64,000 nt of DNA from Anaeromyxobacteraceae bacterium. GTDB lineage: Bacteria; Myxococcota; Myxococcia; Myxococcales; Anaeromyxobacteraceae. This document shows, piece by piece, positions 19,194-29,000 of this stretch (positions are counted from its first letter, which is position 1; every line of letters starts with the position of its first letter). The notes under the pieces were generated by a model. That model made no database searches. It was given only the letters and a program-made list of their open reading frames with translations, and was not told where the DNA came from. A program made the translations under genes and the position numbers. The DNA lies in contig JASGHJ010000002.1 of assembly GCA_047602405.1 (NCBI GenBank), positions 224,001 to 288,000 on the forward strand, written 5' to 3'.

Positions 19194-19958
19194 CTACTCC
19201 TCGCCGAGCCCGAGCTCGGCGCGGAGCGCCTTCACGATCCGGAAGTACTCGCTGCGGGTGTACTTCACGTTGAGGATGTGGAAGTCCTTCTTGGAGAGCC
19301 CGACGCACCCGAAGCAGTAGCTGCACTCGGAGCAGTTGCGGGAGAGGAGCAGGTAGTTCGACCGCGTGCAGTTCTCGGACGCGACGCAGTATGCGCAGTC
19401 GTGGCAGCCCACGCAGTCCACGCAGTGGGTGAGGTGCGAGGAGAGGCGGCACCCGCGCGAGTGCGTGCAGCGGTAGCACTCCTCGCAGTCCACGCAGAAC
19501 ATGCAGCTCTCGCAGCGGACGCACCCCTCGCAGGAGATCGACCCGGGGTTGACCTGCTCGTCGCCGTACGCCCGGATGAGGCGCTGGAGCTCGCTCCTGA
19601 ACTCCCGCGCCGACATGACCGGCGGCGGGGCCTGCCGGGGCTCGACCAGCCCGCGCGAGGTGTCGACGAACCCGGAGCCGGTGAGCTCCCGGACGCCCGG
19701 GCGAGGCCGCTCGAGGTCGCGCGAGGGCGCGGGTCGGACCGGCGGCGGCGCGGGGCGGGCCGCGCGGGTGGTGTCGAGGAAGCCGGAGCCCGTGAGCTCG
19801 CGGACCCCGGGCCGGGACGCCTGCGGCGCGAGGGGCCGCGCGGGTGGCGGCCGCGGCGCGGGGGCGGGGCGGGCGAGGGTCGGCGGGCGCGGCGCGCCAC
19901 GCGGGGGCGGCGTCGGGATCGGGGAGCGGGATGGCGGGCGGCGGCGCGAATCGGCCAT
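19194..19958 (-). CDS. Cys-rich (CxxC-periodic) repeat protein, unknown function
   Basis: 19 Cys mostly at 3-residue period, ending CFGCVGL..K.FHILN; Pro-rich N-terminus with a duplicated 17-aa motif. Confidence 0.8.
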   Translation of the reverse strand: MADSRRRPPSRSPIPTPPPRGAPRPPTLARPAPAPRPPPARPLAPQASRPGVRELTGSGFLDTTRAARPAPPPVRPAPSRDLERPRPGVRELTGSGFVDTSRGLVEPRQAPPPVMSAREFRSELQRLIRAYGDEQVNPGSISCEGCVRCESCMFCVDCEECYRCTHSRGCRLSSHLTHCVDCVGCHDCAYCVASENCTRSNYLLLSRNCSECSYCFGCVGLSKKDFHILNVKYTRSEYFRIVKALRAELGLGEE

Positions 19959-20016
19959 CGCCGCTCATCCTGCCCCGGAAAAGGGGGGAAGGGAAATATG
20001 GCGGCCGGCCGGCGGC

Positions 20017-21708
20017 TCAGCCCGGCGCGGGCTCGTCCGGCGTCGCGGGCGGCCCGGCGAGCGGCAGGCGGAACGTGAACGCGGTGCCCTGGCCCACGGC
20101 GCTGTCGACCTCGACCTTGCCGCCGTGGCGCTCGACGATGCCGTAGACCACCGACAGGCCGAGCCCTGTGCCCTTCTCCTTCGTGGTGAAGAAGGGGTCG
20201 AAGATCTTCTGCAGCCGCTCCTGCGGGATGCCCGGGCCGTTGTCGGCGATCGCGACGTGGATCTCGTCGCCCGCGGGGCGGGTGCGCACGACGAGCTTCG
20301 CGCCGGGCGCGCCGGCCATCGCCTCGCACGCGTTCATCGCCACGTTCACGAAGGCCTGCCGCAGCTGGCCGAAGTCGGCGACGATCGGCGGCACCGGGGC
20401 GAGGTCGCGCTCGAGCGCGACGCCCTGCAGGGCGACCTGGTGCCCCACGAGCGAGAGCGCCTCGTCGATCACCGCGTTGACGTCGACCTCCTTGCGCGCG
20501 ATGGGGCGCTCGCGGGCGAAGTCGAGGAGGCTCTTCACGATGGCCGAGCAGCGCTGCGCCTCGCGCTCGACGAGCGAGAGGTTCTTCTGGAGCTTCGCGA
20601 GCCCGGGGCCGTCGGGCGGGCCCTCGGCGAGCGTCCGCGAGACGAGCTTCGCGAAGGTGAGGATGCCGGCGAGCGGGTTGTTGATCTCGTGCGCGATGGA
20701 CGCGGAGAGCTTGCCGAGCGAGGAGAGCTTCTCGGTGCGCACCAGCACCGACTGCGCGGCCTTGAGCTCGGCGGTCCGCTCGTCGACCTGCTCCTCGAGG
20801 TGCTGCATGAGCAGGCGCAGCTCGTCCTCGAGCCGGCGCAGCGAGCGGGTCATGTCGTTGAACGAGACCGCGAGCACGCCCAGCTCGCCCTTCGAGCGGA
20901 CCCGGATCTCGAGGTCGAGCTCGTCGCGGCCGACCCGGTGCGTGCCCTCGAGGAGGGCGGCCACCGGCTCGATGATCTCCGAGCGGCCGTAGAGGTAGAG
21001 CGCGATCGCGAGGAGCACGATGCCGAACGACACGAGCGCCATGAAGCCGCTGCGGAACACGATGACGTCCCGGTCCACCGGCGCCATCGAGATGCCGAGC
21101 TCCAGCACCCCCAGCACCTGCCGGCCCTGCGGGTGGGCGTGGCACTCCGCGGTCGCGCAGGACGGCGCGTTGTAGATGGCGGATGCGAGGCGGAGCACGC
21201 GCCCGTCGCGCGTCTCGACGTAGCGGGAGCGGTCCGCGATGGGCGCCCGCGAGCGTGGCGAGTCGGTCGCGTGGCAGGCGAGGCAGGTCCCCTCGGCCTT
21301 CGAGGCCACCTTGCCGAGCTGGGCCGGGTCGGTCGAGAAGACCACCCGGCCCTCCTTGTTGACGACCCGCACCGAGGCGATCCCGTCGAGGTGCGCGACC
21401 CGCCCGAGCTGGTCGTACGCGTGGGAGGGCTGGGCCCGCGCCATCGCCTCCTGGGTGGCGGTCTGCACGGCCTCCGCGAGGAGCGAGGCCGAGCGCTCGG
21501 CCTGGGCGGTGAAGTCGTGCGTGATCCGCCGCTCGGCGGCCCACACCCCGCCGAGCGCGGCCACGGCGAGCACGATCGCCATCACGAGCAGGCGCGTCGA
21601 GAGGCGGTGGCGGCGCGGGATGCGGTCGAGGACGTCCTGCACCGGGCTCGTGTCGAGCGGGGGCGGCGTCGCGAGCGGGCGCGGCGGTGGCGTGAGGCGT
21701 GGGCTCAC
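20017..21708 (-). CDS. Sensor histidine kinase with putative heme c-binding periplasmic domain
   Basis: TM-sensor(CLACH, CATAECH)-TM-HAMP; AHEINNPL; DNGPG, FDPFFTTK, GTGLGL. Confidence 0.93.
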   Translation of the reverse strand: MSPRLTPPPRPLATPPPLDTSPVQDVLDRIPRRHRLSTRLLVMAIVLAVAALGGVWAAERRITHDFTAQAERSASLLAEAVQTATQEAMARAQPSHAYDQLGRVAHLDGIASVRVVNKEGRVVFSTDPAQLGKVASKAEGTCLACHATDSPRSRAPIADRSRYVETRDGRVLRLASAIYNAPSCATAECHAHPQGRQVLGVLELGISMAPVDRDVIVFRSGFMALVSFGIVLLAIALYLYGRSEIIEPVAALLEGTHRVGRDELDLEIRVRSKGELGVLAVSFNDMTRSLRRLEDELRLLMQHLEEQVDERTAELKAAQSVLVRTEKLSSLGKLSASIAHEINNPLAGILTFAKLVSRTLAEGPPDGPGLAKLQKNLSLVEREAQRCSAIVKSLLDFARERPIARKEVDVNAVIDEALSLVGHQVALQGVALERDLAPVPPIVADFGQLRQAFVNVAMNACEAMAGAPGAKLVVRTRPAGDEIHVAIADNGPGIPQERLQKIFDPFFTTKEKGTGLGLSVVYGIVERHGGKVEVDSAVGQGTAFTFRLPLAGPPATPDEPAPG

Positions 21709-22868
21709 CGGTCGCGGTCCTCGCGGCCGACCACGTCCCGCCGCCGCAGCGGGAACAGCATCCGATCGAAGAGGAGCTCGAGCCGGCCGAGCTCGTCCTC
21801 GCTGCGCAGGTCGATCACGCGGCTGTCCGGCACGGCGGCCTCGGTGGCGCGCGACTCCATCTCGCGGCGCAGGCGGCGCAGCCGGCGGAAGACGAGCGCG
21901 CGTACGAGGGCCCCCAGCGCGAGCGCCGCCGCGAGGGCGACCCCGACGATCACGAGCGCTGCGCGCAGGTGCCCGCCCCGGATGGCCCGCCGGTCGCCGG
22001 TGTCGTCGCGCATCACGAACAGGCCGCCGACGTGGACCTGGTTCACGTCATGGACCGGGAAGACGCCGCGCACCAGCGTGCGGCCCTCGTGCTGGGACTC
22101 GCCGAGGAACGCCCCCTCGTCGGGCAGCGCCTCGATGTCGCCGGTGAAGTCGACGATGCCCCGGTCGAAGGAGGTCGCGTCCACGACGAGGGCGTCGGGG
22201 CGGTCGTTCCAGGTGTCCGGCCGGCCGTTCAGCGCCTGGACCCAGGCCTGGTGGTCGAGCCGCCGCTTCGAGACGACGAGCCCGTAGTCGTCGCCGGTGC
22301 GGGCCTTCATGGCGGAGAGGAAGTTCGAGAGCTCCTCGGAGAGCTCGAGGTAGCCGATGACGCGGCCGTCGTGCCGCCACGGGCGCACGACCCGGAGCGC
22401 GAAGGAGGTCTTCCCGAGCTCCTTGCCGGAGAACGGCTGGCCGGTCGCCATCACCTTCGCGAGCGTGAGCCGGGGCGGGCGGTCGCCGGCGAGGTCGGGC
22501 CGGTGCACGCGCAGGAAGACCGAGCCGTCCGGCTGGACGAAGTACCAGTGCGTCACACGGTCGCGGGTCCGGAGCGTCGCGAGCACGGGCTGCGTCAGGC
22601 GGAGGAGCGCGTCCCGGTCGCGCGCGAGGAACGCGTTCACGAGGGACTCGTCGTTCGCGAGGACGTCGAGGACCGAGCCGAGCCGCTCCACCTCGGCCCG
22701 CTCGTGCACGCCGAGGAGGTCGGCGGCGCGGCGGAGCTTCTCCATCGCCGTCGCCGCCACGGCGCGCTCGTACACCTCGCCCGAGAGCCGGGCCGAGGCG
22801 AGCGCCGCCGCGATCACGACGAGCAGGATCGCCGCGGCGAGCTTGAGCTCGACCGAGAGGCTCCGCAT
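21705..22868 (-). CDS. Cache-domain membrane protein without output domain
   Basis: TM; VFLRVH..GD and GKELGK..FALRVVRP Cache-like motifs; TM; HAMP-like EDELGRL; then stop. Confidence 0.78.
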   Translation of the reverse strand: MRSLSVELKLAAAILLVVIAAALASARLSGEVYERAVAATAMEKLRRAADLLGVHERAEVERLGSVLDVLANDESLVNAFLARDRDALLRLTQPVLATLRTRDRVTHWYFVQPDGSVFLRVHRPDLAGDRPPRLTLAKVMATGQPFSGKELGKTSFALRVVRPWRHDGRVIGYLELSEELSNFLSAMKARTGDDYGLVVSKRRLDHQAWVQALNGRPDTWNDRPDALVVDATSFDRGIVDFTGDIEALPDEGAFLGESQHEGRTLVRGVFPVHDVNQVHVGGLFVMRDDTGDRRAIRGGHLRAALVIVGVALAAALALGALVRALVFRRLRRLRREMESRATEAAVPDSRVIDLRSEDELGRLELLFDRMLFPLRRRDVVGREDRDR

Positions 22869-22967
22869 TCCGCTCCCCCAGGCCGGTCCCCCGTCGTTGC
22901 GACGGCGCGGGCCCGGCCGACCGCCTGCACCCTTAGCACAGGGGCCCCTTCGTGACAGGATGGCGCG

Positions 22968-23856
22968 GTGACGCGGGAGACGATGGAGGTCCCGGCGGCG
23001 TCCGCGGGGGAGCGGCTCGACCACTTCCTCTCGGCGGCGCTGTCGGTGCGGGTGGACGAGGCGCGGGGCCTCGTGGAGGCGGGCCATGTGCGCGTGCGGG
23101 GCCGGACGGCCTCGCCGCTGCGCCGGCTGTCGGCGGGGGACGTGATCGAGGTCGAGCGCCCGTCGCCGCGGCGGGTCCTCGCGCTCGGGCCCGACCTGCC
23201 GGTGCTGCACGACGACCCGGCGTGCCTGGTGGTGTCGAAGCCGGCCGGGCTCGCCGTCGAGCCCGCCGGGCCGCGCTCGGAGTCGGTGGTCGGCGCGGCG
23301 AGCCGGGTCGGGCGGTTCGACGTCGGCGGCCGGGCGGCGCCGGGGCTGCCGCACCGCCTCGACCGGGACACGACCGGCGCGATCGTGCTCGCGCGGACCG
23401 ACCGGGCGCTCGCGGCGCTGAAGGCGGCCTTCGAGGCGGGCCAGGTGCTGAAGGAGTACGTCGCGATCGTCTCGACGGCGGGGAAGCCCCTGCCGGACGA
23501 GGGCCGGATCGACACGGCGTACGGGAAGGACCCGTCGGATCCACGGCGGTACACGACGCGCCTCGAGACGCACCGGCGGGCGCGCCTCTCCTTCCGCGTG
23601 GAGCGGCGGCTGCGGGAAGCTGCCGTGGTGAGGGTCCGGCTCGAGACCGGGCGCACGCACCGAGATCCGCGTGCAGCTCGGCGAGTCGGGGTGGCCGGTC
23701 CTGGGGGACGCGACCTACGGCATCCCCTCCAGGCTCCTGCAGCGCCAGGCGCTGCACGCCGAGCGCCTCGCGTTCCCGTCGCCGGAGGGGAGGGAGATCG
23801 ACGTCCGCGCGCCGCTCGCGGAGGACATGGCGAGGGCGATCGAGAAGATGGTGTAG
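22968..23856 (+). CDS. RluA-family pseudouridine synthase with S4-like N-terminus (apparent +1 frameshift at ~23662)
   Basis: KPAGL, HRLDRDTTG; deleting g23662 restores GRTHQIR; GDATYG and LHA in the second frame. Confidence 0.88.
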
Positions 23857-23899
23857 GCACCGTCGGGTGGGCGCCACGGGCTCCGGCCGGCGGCGCTTC

Positions 23900-24157
23900 C
23901 TAGGCGGGAGGCCGCCATCCCGTCAGCGCCTGGCGCCAGGCGAGCTCGAATTCCTCCGCCGTGATCGCGTGTTCGCTCTCCAGTCCGAGCGCCTCGAGCG
24001 GTTGATCGGCCAGGTGCGCCGGGTGACCAGCGTCGCCCCATCTCCACTCGCCGCCGTAAACCTCGGCCTGACGGCTGGGGAGCCCGTCGGTGACCTCGAG
24101 GTAGACGGTCCCCTCTCCGAGGTCCGACTCGGCGTCGCGCCTGAAGTAGCGCTTCAT
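23900..24157 (-). CDS. Small acidic hypothetical protein
   Basis: 85-aa ORF with GGAG RBS; ends ITAEEFELAW. Confidence 0.7.
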   Translation of the reverse strand: MKRYFRRDAESDLGEGTVYLEVTDGLPSRQAEVYGGEWRWGDAGHPAHLADQPLEALGLESEHAITAEEFELAWRQALTGWRPPA

Positions 24158-24288
24158 GTCTCCATGCTACCTGCTCGCCGCAGGCTCGTGCGGTCGCGGT
24201 CGATCGGCCCCGGCGCGGTCGCGCTCCTCCCCCAAGTCAACCCCTTGCGCGCGTCCTCCCCGCCGTCCTAGAAGCGCCACTTCCCCCG

Positions 24289-26307
24289 ATGCTCGACCTC
24301 TCGACGCTCAACCCGCCCCAGCGCGAGGCGGTGACCACGACCGAGGGCCCGCTCCTCGTCCTCGCGGGCGCCGGCTCCGGCAAGACCCGCGTGATCGCGC
24401 ACCGGATCGCCTGGCTCATGCAGAAGGGCGTGGATCCGGAGTCGATCCTGGCGGTGACCTTCACCAACAAGGCCGCCGGCGAGATGCGCGAGCGGGTGAC
24501 CGCGCTCGCGGGCGCGGCGGGCGTCGACGTGTTCGTCTCGACGTTCCACGCGCTCGGGCTCTGGATCCTGCGGACCGAGCACGACGCGGCGGGCCTGCCG
24601 AAGCGCTTCTCGATCTGCGACTCGGGCGATCAGCTCTCGATCGTGAAGCGCTGCATGAACGAGTTCTCGATCGACGACCGCAGGTTCGACGCGCAGAAGG
24701 TGCTCGGCTTCATCTCGAAGGCGAAGTCGGCCGGGAAGTCGAAGATCGTGCCGCGCGGCGAGGGGCAGGGGGACGACTACGACCTCGTCGCGGCCGAGGT
24801 CTACCCGCGCTACGAGCGGACGCTGAAGGCCCAGCGGGCGGTCGACTTCGACGACCTCGTCTGCCGGCCGGTGCACCTGCTCAAGAAGCACCCGGAGATC
24901 CTGCAGAAGCTCCAGAGGCGCTTCCGGTACCTCCTCGTCGACGAGTACCAGGACACGAGCGCCATCCAGCTCTCCCTCCTCGTCCAGCTCGGCGGCGAGC
25001 GCCGGAACGTCTGCGCGGTCGGCGACGACGACCAGTCGATCTACGGCTGGCGCGGCGCCGAGGTGAAGAACGTGCTCGCCTACGAGCGCCACTTCCCGGG
25101 CGCGAAGGTGATCCGGCTCGAGCAGAACTACCGCTCCACCGGGCACGTCCTCGCCTGCGCGAACGCGGTCATCTCGAAGAACCCGGACCGCCGCCCGAAG
25201 AAGCTCTTCACGACCGCGGGCGACGGCGACAAGGTCCGGGTGCTCGCGCTCCCGGGCGAGGAGGAGGAGGCGTCCTACGTCGCCGAGGAGATCGCGCGGC
25301 AGCGCCAGGAGGGCCGGCCGTACTCGCACTTCGCGGTGCTCTTCCGGCTCAACGCCCAGAGCCGCCCGTTCGAGGAGGCCTTCCGCGAGGCCGGCATCCC
25401 GCACGAGGTGCACGGCGGGCCCGCCTTCTTCGATCGCGCCGAGGTCCGCGACCTCCTCGCCTACCTGAAGGCCTGCGCCCACCCCGAGGACGACGTCTCG
25501 ATCGCGCGCATCGTGAACGTGCCGGCGCGCGGCATCGGCGACTCGTCGCTCGAGCGGATCCAGCACTTCGCCATCGAGAAGAAGATCGGCCTGGGCGCCG
25601 CGATGAAGCGCGCGGCGGAGGTGCCCGACCTGCCGCGCGGCGCGGCCGAGCGGATCCAGGCGTTCCTCGAGCTCCTCGACCGCCACCGCCCCCGGCTCGA
25701 GGGGCCGGGGCTCGCGGAGGCGGCGAAGGCGCTCGTCACCGAGGTCGACCTCTACGCGCACGCCCGCTCGACGGTGAAGTCGGTCGAGGCGGGCCAGCGC
25801 AAGGTGGACGCCATCGACGGCGTGCTCCGCTCGCTCGAGAACCACGCCCAGCGGGCCGCGAAGCCGTCGCTCGCGCGGTGGCTCGAGCGGCTCGCCCTCG
25901 ACTCGCGCCAGGAGGAGGACCCGGTGGAGGGGGAGGGCGTGAACCTCCTCACCCTGCACGCGGCGAAGGGGCTCGAGTGGCCGGTCGTGTTCCTCGTCGG
26001 CTTCGAGGAGGACCTCCTCCCCTCCGCGGGGATCCAGGGCGAGGCCCGCGACCTCTCCGAGGAGCGCCGGCTCTGCTACGTCGGGATCACCCGCGCGAGG
26101 GAGTTGCTCACCCTCACGAGGGCCTCGCAGCGCATCAAGCGGGGCAAGGTGATCCCCCGGACCCCCTCCCGGTTCCTCGAGGATCTGCCGAAGGCCTCCT
26201 CGGAGGTGATCGACCCGGCGGCGGCGAAGGGCACCCCCGAGCAGGTCGCGGAGGCGACGGCGAACGTCATGGCGGCGCTCCGGGCCCGGCTCGGCGGCGG
26301 CGCGTGA
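24289..26307 (+). CDS. UvrD/Rep/PcrA family ATP-dependent DNA helicase
   Basis: LNPPQ, AGAGSGKT, TFTNKAA, VDEYQD, GDDDQSIYGWRGA, LEQNYRS, HAAKGLEW, YVGITRA. Confidence 0.96.
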   Translation: MLDLSTLNPPQREAVTTTEGPLLVLAGAGSGKTRVIAHRIAWLMQKGVDPESILAVTFTNKAAGEMRERVTALAGAAGVDVFVSTFHALGLWILRTEHDAAGLPKRFSICDSGDQLSIVKRCMNEFSIDDRRFDAQKVLGFISKAKSAGKSKIVPRGEGQGDDYDLVAAEVYPRYERTLKAQRAVDFDDLVCRPVHLLKKHPEILQKLQRRFRYLLVDEYQDTSAIQLSLLVQLGGERRNVCAVGDDDQSIYGWRGAEVKNVLAYERHFPGAKVIRLEQNYRSTGHVLACANAVISKNPDRRPKKLFTTAGDGDKVRVLALPGEEEEASYVAEEIARQRQEGRPYSHFAVLFRLNAQSRPFEEAFREAGIPHEVHGGPAFFDRAEVRDLLAYLKACAHPEDDVSIARIVNVPARGIGDSSLERIQHFAIEKKIGLGAAMKRAAEVPDLPRGAAERIQAFLELLDRHRPRLEGPGLAEAAKALVTEVDLYAHARSTVKSVEAGQRKVDAIDGVLRSLENHAQRAAKPSLARWLERLALDSRQEEDPVEGEGVNLLTLHAAKGLEWPVVFLVGFEEDLLPSAGIQGEARDLSEERRLCYVGITRARELLTLTRASQRIKRGKVIPRTPSRFLEDLPKASSEVIDPAAAKGTPEQVAEATANVMAALRARLGGGA

Positions 26308-26383
26308 TCGCGCGGAGAAGCCGTGGTATCACGGGGGCTTCGTGGGGCGCCGCCCCGCGAACGGCGCAAGTCTCCGGCCGTCC

Positions 26384-26412
26384 TTGACATTCCGGCGACC
26401 CTCGTCTAAAAG
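26384..26412 (+). promoter_or_regulatory. Sigma70-type promoter of rplM-rpsI
   Basis: TTGACA-17 bp-TAAAAG. Confidence 0.6.
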
Positions 26413-26521
26413 CCGCGGTTCCCATCGCGGGATCTCCGCGGGTCCGGAATCCGGATTAGCCGAGTCTCGACGAGCGCTTTCACTGCAACACGCTTCCATT
26501 CGCACCCGGGTTCATAAAGTC

Positions 26522-26971
26522 ATGGCCAAAGGCACCACGCACAGCGCGACGAAGGCCGAGGCGTTCAACGACCGCCACTGGTGGCTCGTCGACGCCGGCG
26601 ACCAGACGGTCGGCCGCATCGCCAGCCGCATCGCCTCCGTCCTCAAGGGCAAGCACAAGCCCCTCTACACGCCCTCGCTCGACACCGGCGACTTCGTCGT
26701 CGTCGTGAACGCCGAGAAGGTCCGGTACTCGGGCAAGAAGGAGCAGGACAAGACCTTCTTCACCCACACGATGCACCCGGGCGGCGCGAAGCACACGCCG
26801 ATGGACAAGCTCCGCGCGAAGCACCCGGAGCAGATCCTCGAGAACGCGGTGCGGCGCATGCTGCCGCGCAGCGCGCTCGGCCGGCAGATGCTCACGAAGC
26901 TGAAGGTCTACGCCGGCGAGAAGCACCCGCACGCCGCCCAGAAGCCCGAGCCGCTCGCGCTCGCGAAGTGA
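26522..26971 (+). CDS. rplM: 50S ribosomal protein L13
   Basis: [43 protein letters not shown]. Confidence 0.97.
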   Translation: MAKGTTHSATKAEAFNDRHWWLVDAGDQTVGRIASRIASVLKGKHKPLYTPSLDTGDFVVVVNAEKVRYSGKKEQDKTFFTHTMHPGGAKHTPMDKLRAKHPEQILENAVRRMLPRSALGRQMLTKLKVYAGEKHPHAAQKPEPLALAK

Positions 26972-26979
26972 GGAAAGAC

Positions 26980-27372
26980 ATGGCGACCCAGGCGAACATC
27001 GTGGTCGGCCGCCGCAAGGAGGCCGTCGCCCGCGTGCGGATGGTCCCCGGCACCGGCAACATCGTCATCAACGGCCGGCCGATGGATCAGTACTTCGGCC
27101 GCGAGACGTCCAAGATGATCCTCGTCGAGCCGCTCAAGCTCGTGGATCAGATGGGCAAGCTCGACATCTTCGCGAACGCCTCCGGCGGCGGCCTCTCCGG
27201 CCAGGCCGGCGCGATCCGCCACGGCATCAGCCGCGCGCTCTGCGAGCTCAACCCCGAGTTCCGCCCGGTGCTCAAGAAGGCCGGCTTCATGACCCGCGAC
27301 GCCCGCGCGGTCGAGCGCAAGAAGTACGGTCGCCCCGGCGCCCGCAAGCGCTTCCAGTTCTCCAAGCGCTAG
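26980..27372 (+). CDS. rpsI: 30S ribosomal protein S9
   Basis: [31 protein letters not shown]...RKRFQFSKR. Confidence 0.97.
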   Translation: MATQANIVVGRRKEAVARVRMVPGTGNIVINGRPMDQYFGRETSKMILVEPLKLVDQMGKLDIFANASGGGLSGQAGAIRHGISRALCELNPEFRPVLKKAGFMTRDARAVERKKYGRPGARKRFQFSKR

Positions 27373-27374
27373 CA

Positions 27375-27401
27375 CTTCGCCGTCGCTCCGCGACGGCGAA
27401 G
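27375..27401 (+). terminator. Hairpin after rpsI
   Basis: cttcgccgtcgc-tcc-gcgacggcgaag, 12-bp stem; second hairpin at ~27422-27452. Confidence 0.55.
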
Positions 27402-27461
27402 CTGTCGTTGGGAGCACACGCGAGGCCGGTTTCCCGCGAGGGAGACCGGCCTTCGCCGTTT

Positions 27462-27518
27462 CCGCTCCTCCTTCGACTTCGGCCTGCCTCCGGCAGGCCT
27501 ACGCTCAGGATGAGCGGT
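27462..27518 (+). repeat. REP-like palindromic repeat, family 2, copy 1
   Basis: tccttcgacttcggcctgc..gcaggcctacgctcaggatgagcggt; homologous to 43388-43435. Confidence 0.8.
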
Positions 27519-27544
27519 GCTGGAAGTGCACGAGGGCCGGAGCG

Positions 27545-28855
27545 CTATGTCCAGGGCTCGGTGAGCCCGGCGACGACCTCCTGCGCCCGCATGGCCGCCG
27601 GCCTGCGCCGCCACCTCCCGAGCTCCATCTCCCGCGCCCGCTCGAGGTCCCGCGAGAACCGCGCGGCGAGCGCCTCCGCCACCTGGGCCGACAGGACCAC
27701 GACGGACGTCTCCCACAGGAACGACAGGCTCTGCGAGTCCATGTTGGTGGACCCGATCACCGCCACGTCGTCGGACACGAGCGTCTTCGCGTGCATCATC
27801 GACGCCGTGTACTCGTGGATGTGCACGCCGTTGCGGAGCAGCCGGTCGTAGGTGCGCCGCTGGCCGGCGCGCACGAGCGGCTGGTCGTGCTTCGGGCCGG
27901 GCGCGAGCACCCGCACGTCCACGCCCTGCCGGGCCTGCGCGATGAGGAGGTTCTGGAGCGACCGCTCCGGGACGAAGTAGGAGTTCGCGATCCAGAGCCG
28001 GCGCCGCGCCGAGGCGATGAGCGCGTAGTACATGCGCGCCGCGCGCGTCACCCGCGCCCAGGCCGGCGTGCTCGCGACGGCCGCGATCCGCAGGTCGCCC
28101 TCCGCGCGCAGCCGCGGGTACGCGTCCCCGCGGAGCGGCGCGCCGCCCGCCGCCTGCAGGCTGTGGTCGAACGCGCGCTGCAGGTCGGCCACCACCGGCC
28201 CGCGCACCCGCGCGGAGACGTCGCGCCACCCGGGGTCGCCCTCGCCGTCCTCGCCCTCGTGCGGGACCCAGCTCCGCCAGATCCCGAAGCCGCCGACGTA
28301 CGCCACGCGCCCGTCGAACACGAGCACCCTCCGGTGCGTCAGCCGGAAGGGGTCCGGGAGCGGCGCGTGGCGGCGGAGCTCCACGCCGCTCGCGACGAGC
28401 CGGCGCTCGAGGTCGGCGTCGAAGCGGTGCTCGCCCCAGCTCGCCGAGCCGAACCAGTCGAGCACGAGCCGGCAGGTGACGCCGCGCCGCCGCTCGAGGA
28501 TCGCGCGCCCGATCCGGTCGGAGGGATCGCCGGGCCCCATCCACATGAACTGGTTGATGTGGATGTGCTGGCGCGCCTCGCGGATCTCCCGCTCGAGCGC
28601 GTCGAAGATCCGCCCGTCGTCGAGGACGTCGACGGCGTTGCCGTCTCGCACCGGCACGCCGACCTCGCGCTCGAGGAGCACCTCGATCGGGATCTCCTCG
28701 GCACGCCGCAGCATGCGGTTCGAGAGCTGGCGGCGCCGGACCCGACGGGCGAGGTGCCCGGAGAGGGCGACGCCGACCGCGCTGGCCGCGGCGCCGAGGA
28801 GGATGCGTCCCAGGCGCACGGGAGAAGGTAGGTATCGCTCCTCCCTCGCGGGCAC
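27545..28855 (-). CDS. Phospholipase D / cardiolipin synthase-like protein
   Basis: Two PLD motifs: THRRVLVFDG (variant) and HAKTLVSDD..GSTNMD. Start uncertain. Confidence 0.88.
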   Translation of the reverse strand: MPAREERYLPSPVRLGRILLGAAASAVGVALSGHLARRVRRRQLSNRMLRRAEEIPIEVLLEREVGVPVRDGNAVDVLDDGRIFDALEREIREARQHIHINQFMWMGPGDPSDRIGRAILERRRGVTCRLVLDWFGSASWGEHRFDADLERRLVASGVELRRHAPLPDPFRLTHRRVLVFDGRVAYVGGFGIWRSWVPHEGEDGEGDPGWRDVSARVRGPVVADLQRAFDHSLQAAGGAPLRGDAYPRLRAEGDLRIAAVASTPAWARVTRAARMYYALIASARRRLWIANSYFVPERSLQNLLIAQARQGVDVRVLAPGPKHDQPLVRAGQRRTYDRLLRNGVHIHEYTASMMHAKTLVSDDVAVIGSTNMDSQSLSFLWETSVVVLSAQVAEALAARFSRDLERAREMELGRWRRRPAAMRAQEVVAGLTEPWT

Positions 28856-29000
28856 CGCGCGTCACCTCGGGGTGCGGACGAACCCTGGGCAGGGCTCGAT
28901 ATCACCCTCCGCGACGTGGGGACGCCCCTCGACGCGCCGCCCGTGTCCCCGGGGACCGGTGGTGGCCCCGCCAAGGGCCGGGTGCTACGCTCCCGGGGCG

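Noticed and set aside
19393..19420. CVGCH in the Cys-rich protein as a heme site
   Set aside because: No signal peptide; the motif arises from the 3-residue Cys periodicity.
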